Notes: generated by a model not told the origin, from the letters alone. DNA of 64,000 bases from Candidatus Latescibacterota bacterium (GCA_965226795.1 CBDDDZ010000005.1:2912001-2976000), one strand, 5' to 3'; positions 1 to 9,777 are shown, numbered from the stretch's first letter. Translations and numbers: made by a program.

Positions 1-1
1 A

Positions 2-34
2 GAACCCGTGAGCGCAATGGTTGCCAATGGCTGA
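2..34 (+). CDS. C-terminal end of probable AbiEi-type/DUF6088-like antitoxin (runs in from upstream of the window)
   Basis: Frame 2 reads EPVSAMVANG-stop. Its stop overlaps the toxin start (ATGGCTGA), the usual coupling in AbiE operons. Confidence 0.5.
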   Translation, partial: EPVSAMVANG

Positions 35-1043
35 CACACCGTTTCAATCCCTCTCCCCGGACGACCGGCGGGATGCCCTGAACGTGGCCGCCAGCCTCAG
101 TGGGAGGAGTACCCATCTCCTGGAGAAGGACATATGGGTAGTGCATACGTTACGCGCCCTGATGGAGAGTCCTTACGGTAGAGACCTGACCTTCAAGGGA
201 GGCACCTCTCTGGCCAAGGCGTATCATGCCATCCGTCGATTCTCGGAAGACCTTGACATCACCTATGGCATCCGAGCCATCGCTGCCGACCTCGTGGAAG
301 GCTATGGGGAAGATGCACTGCCATCCACGCGCAGTCAGGAACGGAAGTGGACGCGGGAAATTAGACGGCGCTTGGCCGAGTGGGTGGAAAATCATGCGCG
401 GCCCAACATTGAGTCTAACCTGTTTGAGTCCGGCCTTTCCGCACGGATACGTGCCGACGGAGACCGGATATTCGTCAGTTATGAGCCCCTGTTCCCAGAT
501 TACGGATTCGTAAGCCCGGAGGTGTCGGTGGAGTTTGGGGGGCGTTCCACCGGGGAGCCTCGCGAAGAACGTCCTATAACGTGCGATGCGGCGCCATATG
601 TATCGGAAGTCGCATTCCCCTCGACCCATACTCTTGTCATGTTGCCTGAGCGTACCTTCTGGGAGAAGGCCACAGCCGTACACGTTTTTTGCCGCCAACA
701 ACGAAGCCGAGGTGAGCGGCTCTCCCGGCACTGGCATGACCTCTTCCACCTGGACGACGCGGGTTTCGTCGAAAGGTCGCTCGTCGACCGAGCCCTGGCA
801 ATGTCGGTAGCACGACACAAGGCGATGTTCTTCCGCGAGAAGGACGCCGCAGGGAGTTGGATCGACTACGAGGCTGCGGTATCTGGTGCATTGCAGTTGG
901 TGCCGCATGGACTGGCATATGAGGCGCTGGCTGACGACTACGGAAAGATGCTCAGCGATGGGATGTTGCTTGAAGACGAAGAGCGATTCGAGGCCATAGT
1001 GGACAGATGCGCCGAAATCGAGACGAGGGCGAATCGAAGGTAA
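27..1043 (+). CDS. Nucleotidyltransferase AbiEii/AbiGii toxin family protein
   Basis: LEKDIWVV, FKGGTSLAKAY..IRRFSEDLDIT, ERTFWEKAT and SRHWHD motifs; ATG at 27. Confidence 0.9.
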   Translation: MADTPFQSLSPDDRRDALNVAASLSGRSTHLLEKDIWVVHTLRALMESPYGRDLTFKGGTSLAKAYHAIRRFSEDLDITYGIRAIAADLVEGYGEDALPSTRSQERKWTREIRRRLAEWVENHARPNIESNLFESGLSARIRADGDRIFVSYEPLFPDYGFVSPEVSVEFGGRSTGEPREERPITCDAAPYVSEVAFPSTHTLVMLPERTFWEKATAVHVFCRQQRSRGERLSRHWHDLFHLDDAGFVERSLVDRALAMSVARHKAMFFREKDAAGSWIDYEAAVSGALQLVPHGLAYEALADDYGKMLSDGMLLEDEERFEAIVDRCAEIETRANRR

Positions 1044-1069
1044 GCATAACTGATGTATAGACAAATCTC

Positions 1070-1246
1070 GGCCCCAATGCCGGGGAACTCCTCGCCGAAG
1101 CCGTCCTCGGCGTTGAAATGGCCGCGGTCGCCGAAGACCTGGCGCACACGATTCATCCTCACCCTTCCCTATCCGAATCCCTGGGCATCGCCGCCGAGAT
1201 CCACCTGGGTACCGCGACCGACCTGTACATTCCCAAAAAGAGATAG
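1070..1246 (+). pseudogene. lpdA: Orphan 3' fragment (58 codons) of dihydrolipoamide dehydrogenase
   Basis: A frame missing from the ORF track reads GPNAGELLAEAVLGVEMAAVAEDLAHTIHPHPSLSESLGIAAEIHLGTATDLYIPKKR-stop, with the catalytic HPHPxLSE motif. No start codon or 5' part. Confidence 0.85.
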
Positions 1247-1437
1247 CGTTTTAAAGGCACCCCCATACTTACTTACCCCTCTTTCCCCCATCGTTCACCC
1301 ACGGGTAGATAAATACAAAGAAGCCAACACAATTGAGTAAGGAAGATCCTCACGAGACGGCGCGTAGGGAAGCACAAGCGATTCTTAATAATAAATATGA
1401 TGAGGGATATGTTTGGTGATACAAGGAGGATAGGTCT

Positions 1438-2106
1438 ATGAAAATTTATCTTTTTTGCCTAATTATTGGGCTGGTGAGTTTGCCCAATTGTATCTTGGCG
1501 GAGGAAATTGAACCTATTCCTGGAGATTTAAATTTAGATGGTACAGTAGACTTTGCCGATTTTGTTATATTTGCACAGAATTTTGGTAAGACTGTCCCAC
1601 CGCCAGAAGAAGTGAAGTGGGCGGCCATGGCTAAAGAGTTATTGGGTTTCTGGCGTTTTGATGGTCAGGATCGACAGTATTATTTCATTATAGGAGAAAC
1701 GCGATTACCGAGTCGAGAAATGGCTGATATAGTGCCCTTGGCTTATGGAATTACAAATAAAGGAGGTTCGGCGTTAGCGGGATATACGCCTGGAATAGAG
1801 AAGTATACGATACTTTACAGACCTTCAGAAACATCCACTGTTTATGTTGCTATTTTCTTTGAATTGGTTTTTGACGATAACCAAATCAGACCATTTGGAA
1901 CAATCGTACATATATAGAGTGACGGCGATATAATTCTTAATTCTGAGTTTATAGAAGGGTCCAGTATACGTGGTATCGATGTATTGAAGGATGAGAATGA
2001 ATTTTTGCTTAGTAAGGATTGGTTGCCCAAGGTTGATGCATCGTCTATTCAAACTGAACAAGAATTATTCAGGCATTTTCAAAGAATAATTCCCCTCATT
2101 AAATAG
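1438..2106 (+). pseudogene. Secreted protein with dockerin/EF-hand-like motif; in-frame TAG at 1915-1917
   Basis: AGGAGG RBS, signal peptide, GDLNLDGTVDFADFVIFAQNFG. The same frame stays open for 62 more codons after the TAG, to 2106. Confidence 0.6.
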
Positions 2107-2187
2107 TAAAGGATGATCACAAATATGTTAATTTTACTGCTATTGATGCCGACTTCCGCTCACTGCGATACCATCGGGAAGAATCTA

Positions 2188-3651
2188 GTGTTATGTCCCT
2201 AAAATAACCTGGTTAATTCTTGAAGTTGTCCTATGTTCTCTCTAAACATTTTTGCACCTTTCAATAAAGGAGAGAGCCATGGGACGTGGTCGCCCTCGAA
2301 AGCCGATTGTGTTGAGTGCTGAGGTCCGTGAGGAACTGACGTCACTTTCACGGTCTCGTACGTTGTCGCATGGTCTCGTGCGACGCGCCAATATCATCTT
2401 GATGAGCGTCGAAGGTCTCAGTAACCGTGTGATTGCCGAAAAAGTCGGGCTGAGCCAGCAGAGTGTCGTCACCTGGCGTAACCGCTTTCTAGTGTTATGT
2501 CCCACCTGGTTAATTCTTGAAGTTGTCCTATGTTCTCTCTAAACATTTTTGCACCTTTCAATAAAGGAGAGAGCCATGGGACGTGGTCGCCCTCGAAAGC
2601 CGATTGTGTTGAGTGCTGAGGTCCGAACTGACGTCACTTTCACGGTCTCGTACGTTGTCGCATGGTCTCGTGCGACGCGCCAATATCATCTTGATGAGCG
2701 TCGAAGGTCTCAGTAACCGTGTGATTGCCGAAAAAGTCGGGCTGAGCCAGCGAGTGTCGTCACCTGGCGTAACCGCTTTCTCCAGCAGATTAATGGGTCT
2801 GTACGATGAACGCCGTTCGGGCAGACCACGCACCGTCGAGGCCGAGGAGATCACAGCGCTGGAAGACGCTCACCACAAAACCCGAAGATGGCAGCACCCA
2901 ATGGACGTGTCGATCCATCGCTGTCGAAACGAAGATATCCAAATCCGAGGTGCAACGTATCTGGTCCACATTGGGGATTGCGCCACACCGGCAGAAGCAC
3001 TTCAAGCTATCCAACGATCCCTTCTTCACTGAAAAAGTGCACGACATCGTCGGACTGTATCTGGACCCACCCGATTGTGCGATGGTGCTTTGTGTCGACG
3101 AGAAAAGCCAGACGCAGGCGTTGGAACGTACCCAACCGCTTTTGCCGATGGGGCTGGGATACGTGGAGGGCGTGACGCACGATTACGTCCGCCACGGTAC
3201 CACGACGTTGTTCGCCGCCCTGGACATTGCCTCAGGCGAGGTTTTGACGCAATGCAAGCGCAGGCACCGCCACCAGGAGTTTTTACAGTTTCTCAACCAC
3301 ATCGACCAAAACATACCTGAAGATCTCGATGTACACTTAATCGTCGACAACTATTGTACGCACAAACACACCAAGGTGAAACGATGGCTTTCAAAAAGAC
3401 CCAGATACCACCTTCACTTTACTCCCACATACGCATCCTGGCTCAACCAAGTCGAGATCTGGTTCAATATCATCACACAGAAAGCCATCAGGCGGGGCTC
3501 CTTCAGATCCGTGAGAGAACTCATCGACAGAATCCAAACCTTCACCGACAACTACAACAAGACGTCGAAGCCATTCGTCTGGACCGCCACCGCAGTATCC
3601 ATCCTCCAGAAAATCGAACGATTATGTAAATCTATTTCTGGGACATGACAC
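2188..3651 (+). mobile_element. IS630-family insertion sequence with a duplicated left end
   Basis: Ends CTAGTGTTATGTCCCTAAAATA (2185) and TATTTCTGGGACATGACACTAG (to 3654) are imperfect inverted repeats with TA duplication in a CTAG target. A second left end starts at 2489. Confidence 0.92.
2576..3648 (+). pseudogene. IS630 transposase, frameshifted in its 5' part
   Basis: DDE motifs [41 protein letters not shown]. The N-terminal HTH region is split over several frames. Confidence 0.9.
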
Positions 3652-3743
3652 TAGATCAATATATGGGTAAGTCGTATGATGAGTTGAAAATTATCTTTAA
3701 TGGCGATTTTCCTTATTTTTATTCACCAGAACGTGAATACAGA

Positions 3744-4000
3744 TTCAAGCATTTAGGTTATTATAAGGGTCGGCGGTGTGGTGTCTTATTTACATTTGAT
3801 GACAAAAAACGTGTTGTTGTGGTTGATGCTGTTGGTCCAGGGTGTTATGATAATTGGAAGGGTCGATCTGAAACGGAGCTGAAGACGATTCCTGTTGATT
3901 CCATATTATCAAAATTAAGTTATAGAAATGTTGCAGATGTTGTAAGGCTTTTCAAGCATTTAGGTTATTATAAGGGTCGGCGGTGTGGTGTCTTATTTAC
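3744..4000 (+). repeat. Exact 50-bp direct repeat (3744-3793 and 3951-4000)
   Basis: TTCAAGCATTTAGGTTATTATAAGGGTCGGCGGTGTGGTGTCTTATTTAC occurs twice, 207 bp apart. Confidence 0.95.
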
Positions 4001-4325
4001 GGTATGTATGTTTTATCTCTTGGTTCGTGTGCAGGTGAAACGATGGGCTATACTTTGGATAGGAAATTTACACTATATTCTGGTGCATACGAAATGCTGA
4101 AGGAATTTCGTCTAAGTAAATGTGGTTTTACTGTTAGATATAATAAGGGCATCATAAACGATGTTCAATTAACCAGGAACAATGCCTGTGTTTATGAGTA
4201 CTATCCGAATGAGCTTTTGAACGGGATTATTCACGGCAAGTATTAATTACATGGTCGGTTAGTGGAGAAGATACGGTATCGAGCCCTGGTATGAATTAAC
4301 CGCGGGCTTATTTCCGGACGGCACA

Positions 4326-7300
4326 TCATTTCATCAGCACCATCTTCCTTACCGCCGTGAACTCGCTGCCGTTCACCACCAGACGGCTGCAGTAGACGCC
4401 GCTGGACACTTCCCTCCCCGAGTCATCCCTCCCGTCCCAGGCGACCTGGTAATATCCGGCCTGCCGGTTTCCCTCGGCCAGCACACGGACCCGTTGACCC
4501 AGCAGATTGTAGACGATCAGCGAGATTTCACCGGCCTCGGGCAGCTGGTATGAGATCTGGCACTCGATGTTGAAGGGGTTGGGGAAATTCTGATGCAGGG
4601 CATATTCCCCTGGCTCGGCCGGTGCATCTCGCATGAAGCTACCACCGATCTTCCATCCCGTCACGTCGCCCCGGTCGGTCCCGACCACCACGCCGTCTCC
4701 CAGTCTCAGAATATGGGTCGGCTTCCCCGAGACCTTTCCCAGACCCCGGACCTCCCCGGATCCGTCCAATACGACGACGCTGCCGTCCTCGCAGCCGGTC
4801 ACGACCCAGGACGCGTCATATGCGCGCAGAAACGCCAGCACGGTGGGCGGGCTGGGAAGCCGGCGAGTCCACACACGGTTGCACCGCGCATCCAGCGCGA
4901 CCACGAGTCCCTTCGACGTCGCCGCAAGAATCTCCTTCTTCCCGTCTCCGTCCAGGTCGCCGATGTCCAGGTCGCGAATATTCTGTGCAGGGATCGGATT
5001 CCCCGGTCCAAAATTCGCGTTATAAAGAGGTGCGCCGTTCTCACGCCACACGCTCACCCTGTTCCACGTGCCGTTGATCTCGCTGACCACCTCTCTCGTC
5101 CCGTCTGCGTCCAGATCTTCGTAGAAGATGTGTTTCCGGCTCATCGAGGCCCATCCGCCAATATACGTGTGGCCTGCCGGAACCCCGGCAAACCTGCCAC
5201 GTATCACGTCGCTCGTTCGGCTGTTTACCAGCGAGAGCGCATGCGAATCCGTGGGCTGACGCGCGATCAGGAGATCGACGCCGCCCCTGGGACTCTCGAT
5301 CAGTGCGAACCGGGTTCCGGGCCCCCAGAATACCGGCAGCCGCTCCACGAGTTCACCCCTGCCGTTAAGGATCTCCAGCGTACAGGCGCTTCCCACGAAT
5401 GCCTGGCTCTGTCCGTTTCGAAAGATTCCCGTATGCAACCCGTGGATCCCCTCGTGACCCGGTGCGGTCTTGAACCAGTAGGTCTTCCCGGCCTGGTAGA
5501 CCGCCGGGGCCATTTCGGACACAAACGTCCACCGGCGTCTTCCCTCCAGGTCGAATGCAATAACCTGTTCGTCCCTGCATCCGACAAGCAGCAACTGGAA
5601 AGCATCCCACCAGCGAAGCACCCGAACCGGCCCGTCCGTACCGAAAAACCGACCCTCCCGGCCATCCGATGTCAGCAGATGTACCCCTCTGTCCTCAGCG
5701 ACTCCGATCCAGGTCTTGCCTTCGGCTTCGAAGGAGATCATGTCCGTCACCGCACCGCCGATCCGTGACCTCAGAAACATAGGCGTGGGTGGGCCGTCCG
5801 GCGCTGCCGGCGTAACATGAATCTCCGCATCCCGCCGGCGCGCCGTCAGGGCCTGCGACAACAGCCCCCTGAGGCGATCGACCGTTTCGGAGAGCACAAT
5901 CGGATCTGGTGTCGCGCCTGTCAATTCATGCCTGCCCTTCGGTACATGGAACACGGCGCCGCTATCGGAAACGGAGCTCAGCGGCAGCGGAACGCCATCC
6001 AGACGGACGTCCGACGGTTCAGCGAACGCCGCGCGGATGTGTGTCTCGTCTCTTGTTGTTAGCGCCGCGGATCCAGTGCGGAAGTCCCAGTCCAGATCAA
6101 CCGGCGCATCCGATGCGAAAAGAACCGCCTCCATCCCCGCGGATTTCAGATCTTTCCCGAAGAGGTGGTCGCTGGCCAGGAGAACGATGTCGCCCTGAAT
6201 ACCGGCGTACTCTCCGCCGACGACAATGGCCGGTTCGGGAAGTCCCAGTGCCGCCGCCTGCGGCCCGAGCCGCAGGCACGCAACCGGGGCTTCAGCCGTG
6301 CCGTTCCCGGCAATCAGCGAAAAGAACGCGCGCTCCTCACCGGACGAAACGGAGCCCGTCCACACCAGGAATGCCGTTCTTCTATTGAGTACAATCTCAA
6401 CCGGGTCGGAGGCGCGGATCCCGAAACGGGTACCGCCACTCTCGATGTACGACTCGCCACCCGATGAAATCGAACGCCATCGTCCCTGTCCCGTCCATTC
6501 GGTCCTCACTTCGAGATTCGCGCTGTCCACCCGGAATTTCAGTCGATCCACAAACAACGCATACCTGCCCACGCGTTGTACCAGGGCGCGACGCCAACTG
6601 CAGAATGCCGCATCGGACACCTCGGCGACGGCCACGGCCGTCCGGCCCAACACATCCCGATAGCGAAGCGCCGCGTCCATTGGGCTGTGCGGCTCCACCA
6701 GCCCGTCCGCCCCGGTCAGCACCTGATTTCCGTACCCCTCGAGTACAGTCTCCCCATCCAGGCGGAGTTCCAGAACCGCGTACGAGTGGTAGGGATTTCG
6801 GGACGCCCCGTTCAATCCGTCGATCAGGATAAAATCGCCCGTCGCGTCGGTTGTGCTTCGAAAGCTCCCGAATTGAAACGAGTCCGACAGCGGCAACCCG
6901 CTCCCGCGTCGTTTCCACAGGGTCTCCGGCAACTCGAGAATACTCCATTTGAGGGTAAGATCGGTCGGTTGCTCCGGAACAAGGTCCGGCTCCGGCCAGA
7001 ACGACTGGCCCAGCCGGAACCCGTCCAGGTCCAATCCGGTCCGGCGCGTGTATTCCAGATATCGCCCGTCTCCCATGAGATACGCGGCTTTGTGGAGATA
7101 TCCGATGGAAGCGTAACGAAGAGCCCAGTCCGGTTCGCGGCCGGATATCAGCATCTCCTGCCCGCGCAGCAGCGTCTCCAGAACGCCGTTCCGCAACGCC
7201 GCCCGATCTCCCGAAATCAGCATATACGTGAAAATCGGGGCAATGCCCGTACTGTACCAATACAGATTGTCGGCTTCGCCCATCACCCATGCGTGGTTAC

Positions 7301-8444
7301 GCAATGGAGAGAATTGCCATTCAGCCGCCCACATGCAGTGCTTCCAGAGCGGGTGCGGGTAATCCTTCTGAAAGTACCGTCCGAGGCAGTAGAGCGCGAT
7401 GGCCGCCCATTGGTGATGCCGGGTACCTACTGCGGAGGGCGGCGTGTCATATGCCTCTCTGCCCATATCCAGGTTTCGTACGATCAAGGCCGTCCGGCTC
7501 TGGCCATAGGGGTCATGCGAAAACTGCTGCGCAAATGCGTTGGTGATCCTCAATCGCTGTTCGTCCGTGAAGACCGGGCTTTCCTCGATCAGATCCCAGT
7601 ACAGGATCAACATATGCGCGGTGTAATGGTACGGGCCGCTGAGGGGCTGATCTTTATTCTCGATCCTTTCACCGTCGATCGACGCAATCCGGGCCTTCGC
7701 CTCCGCGTCGGGAAAGGCCAGCCGCAGAAACTCCCGCGCATGGTGTTCTTCACCGGTCATATAGTACATCGCCATATGCTTGCTGATGCTGTTCCAGCCG
7801 AAATACCCCACGGACCGGTAACCCGCGGAGGCCTCCCAGGTCTCGAAATCCTGAAGCTTCTCCGGTACCTGCATCCCGTTTCCAAGACGGATTTCCACCA
7901 GCCAGCCGACCGACAGGCCTGCTCCACCGCCGGGAACTCCGGCAAGCTTTCGAATAAGCACATCGGTCGCCAGACCCACGCCGGCGGCATCGCTCCCACC
8001 GACTGCAATCACATTGCGCCCGTTCCCGAAGGGATTGTGGAGAGACCGCACAACGTAGCCGTCAGGTCCGGGATATTTCAGGTCCAGCAGTGTGTAATAG
8101 CGATCGTACAGCCCCGCAATGGTGCGATTCGTGGACCTGTTGCCGAGCACAATCAGGTTTTCCGAAATTGGCACGGACCCGGCAGGTGAATCGTCCCGCG
8201 CCACCGGTACCTCCACCCCGGTCCGGGCGAGAATCGCCCGCTGGATTCGCACCGCGTCGGTGTCGTAGATTCCGCTTGAGGGAACCACGATAGTGGCGGC
8301 TGCCCGCCCGTTCTCCACCAGGACGGTGGTCAGGTGCAGATCTTTAAGGTCGAGGTATACGGGAGGGATTGGCGCGGAGTTTGCGTACAGGGGCGTTGCA
8401 GAGGGTGCGAAGAGAAGGAGAAGGGCAACCACGCGCGGGTACAT
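4326..8444 (-). CDS. Large secreted protein: possible polysaccharide-lyase-like core, FG-GAP/beta-propeller region, C-terminal FlgD-Ig/secretion-type domain
   Basis: Signal peptide MYPRVVALLLLFAPSATPLYA; DLDADG/GDLDGDGKKEIL repeats; C-terminal QNFPNPFN...IVYNLLGQRVRVL...WDGRDDSGREVSSGVY. The catalytic assignment is weak. Confidence 0.75.
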   Translation of the reverse strand: MYPRVVALLLLFAPSATPLYANSAPIPPVYLDLKDLHLTTVLVENGRAAATIVVPSSGIYDTDAVRIQRAILARTGVEVPVARDDSPAGSVPISENLIVLGNRSTNRTIAGLYDRYYTLLDLKYPGPDGYVVRSLHNPFGNGRNVIAVGGSDAAGVGLATDVLIRKLAGVPGGGAGLSVGWLVEIRLGNGMQVPEKLQDFETWEASAGYRSVGYFGWNSISKHMAMYYMTGEEHHAREFLRLAFPDAEAKARIASIDGERIENKDQPLSGPYHYTAHMLILYWDLIEESPVFTDEQRLRITNAFAQQFSHDPYGQSRTALIVRNLDMGREAYDTPPSAVGTRHHQWAAIALYCLGRYFQKDYPHPLWKHCMWAAEWQFSPLRNHAWVMGEADNLYWYSTGIAPIFTYMLISGDRAALRNGVLETLLRGQEMLISGREPDWALRYASIGYLHKAAYLMGDGRYLEYTRRTGLDLDGFRLGQSFWPEPDLVPEQPTDLTLKWSILELPETLWKRRGSGLPLSDSFQFGSFRSTTDATGDFILIDGLNGASRNPYHSYAVLELRLDGETVLEGYGNQVLTGADGLVEPHSPMDAALRYRDVLGRTAVAVAEVSDAAFCSWRRALVQRVGRYALFVDRLKFRVDSANLEVRTEWTGQGRWRSISSGGESYIESGGTRFGIRASDPVEIVLNRRTAFLVWTGSVSSGEERAFFSLIAGNGTAEAPVACLRLGPQAAALGLPEPAIVVGGEYAGIQGDIVLLASDHLFGKDLKSAGMEAVLFASDAPVDLDWDFRTGSAALTTRDETHIRAAFAEPSDVRLDGVPLPLSSVSDSGAVFHVPKGRHELTGATPDPIVLSETVDRLRGLLSQALTARRRDAEIHVTPAAPDGPPTPMFLRSRIGGAVTDMISFEAEGKTWIGVAEDRGVHLLTSDGREGRFFGTDGPVRVLRWWDAFQLLLVGCRDEQVIAFDLEGRRRWTFVSEMAPAVYQAGKTYWFKTAPGHEGIHGLHTGIFRNGQSQAFVGSACTLEILNGRGELVERLPVFWGPGTRFALIESPRGGVDLLIARQPTDSHALSLVNSRTSDVIRGRFAGVPAGHTYIGGWASMSRKHIFYEDLDADGTREVVSEINGTWNRVSVWRENGAPLYNANFGPGNPIPAQNIRDLDIGDLDGDGKKEILAATSKGLVVALDARCNRVWTRRLPSPPTVLAFLRAYDASWVVTGCEDGSVVVLDGSGEVRGLGKVSGKPTHILRLGDGVVVGTDRGDVTGWKIGGSFMRDAPAEPGEYALHQNFPNPFNIECQISYQLPEAGEISLIVYNLLGQRVRVLAEGNRQAGYYQVAWDGRDDSGREVSSGVYCSRLVVNGSEFTAVRKMVLMK

Positions 8445-8689
8445 TTCCACGATCCTTTCTCGTGCCCTGAAGCGCCGTGCGGCGCGCGAGGCCGTCGATG
8501 AGCCGCGAAAACGCAAATATATGGGAATATACCCTGTTTGAGGTCGAATGTGTAGTCGTACCTTTCCATCCGTCGCGTCGACCGGGCGCGCGGGCGCCTT
8601 CGCACGGTCAATGCATGGACCCCCGACGCCTTGCATGACCGGATTCATTCGGCTATCTTTTGGTCAGAGAAGCCTGGAAAGGAGGGAAC

Positions 8690-9553
8690 ATGGAATACCG
8701 TCCGTTCGGTAATACGGGCATGCGGGGCAGCGAGGTCAGTCTGGGGGGCGCGTACATCGGCGGAACGGATCCCGAACGCGCTCGCGAGAACGCAGTCGAG
8801 ATCGTCCGCCGTGCGAACGACCTGGGAATCAACTATATCGACACCGCACCCCTATACGGAAAAAGCGAAGCGCTATTCGGCTACGCCCTCGAGGCCGCGC
8901 AATCGCACATGCACGTCGCCACGAAGGTTGGATTTGATCCCGAAAACTTCGACTATCGGCGGGATAGCGTACTTCGCAGCGTCGAACGAAGCCTCCAGCG
9001 CCTTCGTCTTTCGAAGCTCTTCTCCGTCCAGATTCACCAGGTGAGCGTAGCGGGTTGGGAGCGCATCATGGAGCGGGGCGGAACGCTCGAGGGGTTGCGA
9101 GACGCTCAAAAACGCGGCATGTGCGACCATATCGGCATTACGGACAGGGCTATCCCCCTGCTGGCGAAACTCGCCCGTACAGGGGAGTTCGATTCCCTGC
9201 TTGTCTTCCACGACTACCACCCTTATTCGCAAAAGGCCGCTGAAGAGGTCATACCGGCCGGCGCCGCAAGCCAGATGGGCATTGTCGTTGCCACCGCGCT
9301 CGCCGGCGGGCTTTTTTCCGATCCCCCCCGGCGCCGGGCCGCGCTCGAGAATCTGGAAGATCACGGGGAACGCACCAGAGCCGAGGGGATCATTGAGCGT
9401 CTCAGCAATGAACCCGGCACCGTACCCCGGAATGCATTCAGGTGTGTCCTCGCCGACTCGAGGGTCAGCACGATCTCGAGCGGAGCGGCGACCGCGGTCG
9501 AACTGGAAGACGTGGCACGCGCCTCGGAAATGGGTCCGCTCGCGTGGCGCTGA
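8690..9553 (+). CDS. Aldo/keto reductase
   Basis: MEYRPFGNTG..SEVSLGG, GINYIDTAPLYGKSE, VATKVG, SVERSLQRL; GGAGG RBS. Confidence 0.9.
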   Translation: MEYRPFGNTGMRGSEVSLGGAYIGGTDPERARENAVEIVRRANDLGINYIDTAPLYGKSEALFGYALEAAQSHMHVATKVGFDPENFDYRRDSVLRSVERSLQRLRLSKLFSVQIHQVSVAGWERIMERGGTLEGLRDAQKRGMCDHIGITDRAIPLLAKLARTGEFDSLLVFHDYHPYSQKAAEEVIPAGAASQMGIVVATALAGGLFSDPPRRRAALENLEDHGERTRAEGIIERLSNEPGTVPRNAFRCVLADSRVSTISSGAATAVELEDVARASEMGPLAWR

Positions 9554-9608
9554 GCCGGTGGGAAACGCCAAGCGGTGACGCAGCGTGTTGCGCCGTTGGG
9601 ATTTGCAC

Positions 9609-9635
9609 GGAACCCTTCCCCCAAGAATCGTGTCT
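9609..9635 (+). promoter_or_regulatory. Putative ECF-sigma promoter upstream of the GWxTD gene
   Basis: GGAACC-N16-TGTCT about 140 nt before the ATG at 9778. Confidence 0.35.
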
Positions 9636-9777
9636 TTCATGGGTGCGTGAATCACCATCTCAGCCCTGGTTGCGCTGTTGAATTCCGCTGTAAGCCGGGA
9701 CATGCGCTCCGAGGTGAATCCGGACAGATACTCCGGCGCTGGCGCGCCACAGCCGTTTCCGTGTGGAGGGTTGCACG

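Larger units (their letters stand above)
2113..4246 (+). pseudogene. Small secreted two-domain protein gene interrupted by IS630 and by a 50-bp duplicated segment
   Basis: MITNMLILLLLMPTSAHCDTIGKNL (from 2113) joins in frame to DQYMGKSYDELK... once the IS is removed at CTAG. Removing 3951-4000 joins ORF 3645-4100 to ORF 3983-4246. Confidence 0.7.

Noticed and set aside
1053..1340. 95-aa ORF in the track
   Set aside because: Wrong frame; the real coding signal here is the lpdA fragment in another frame.
4593..8189. Long plus-strand ORFs (391 and 537 aa), and similar ones such as 19789-21339 and 21412-22875
   Set aside because: Antisense shadows of well-supported genes in GC-rich DNA; no motifs.
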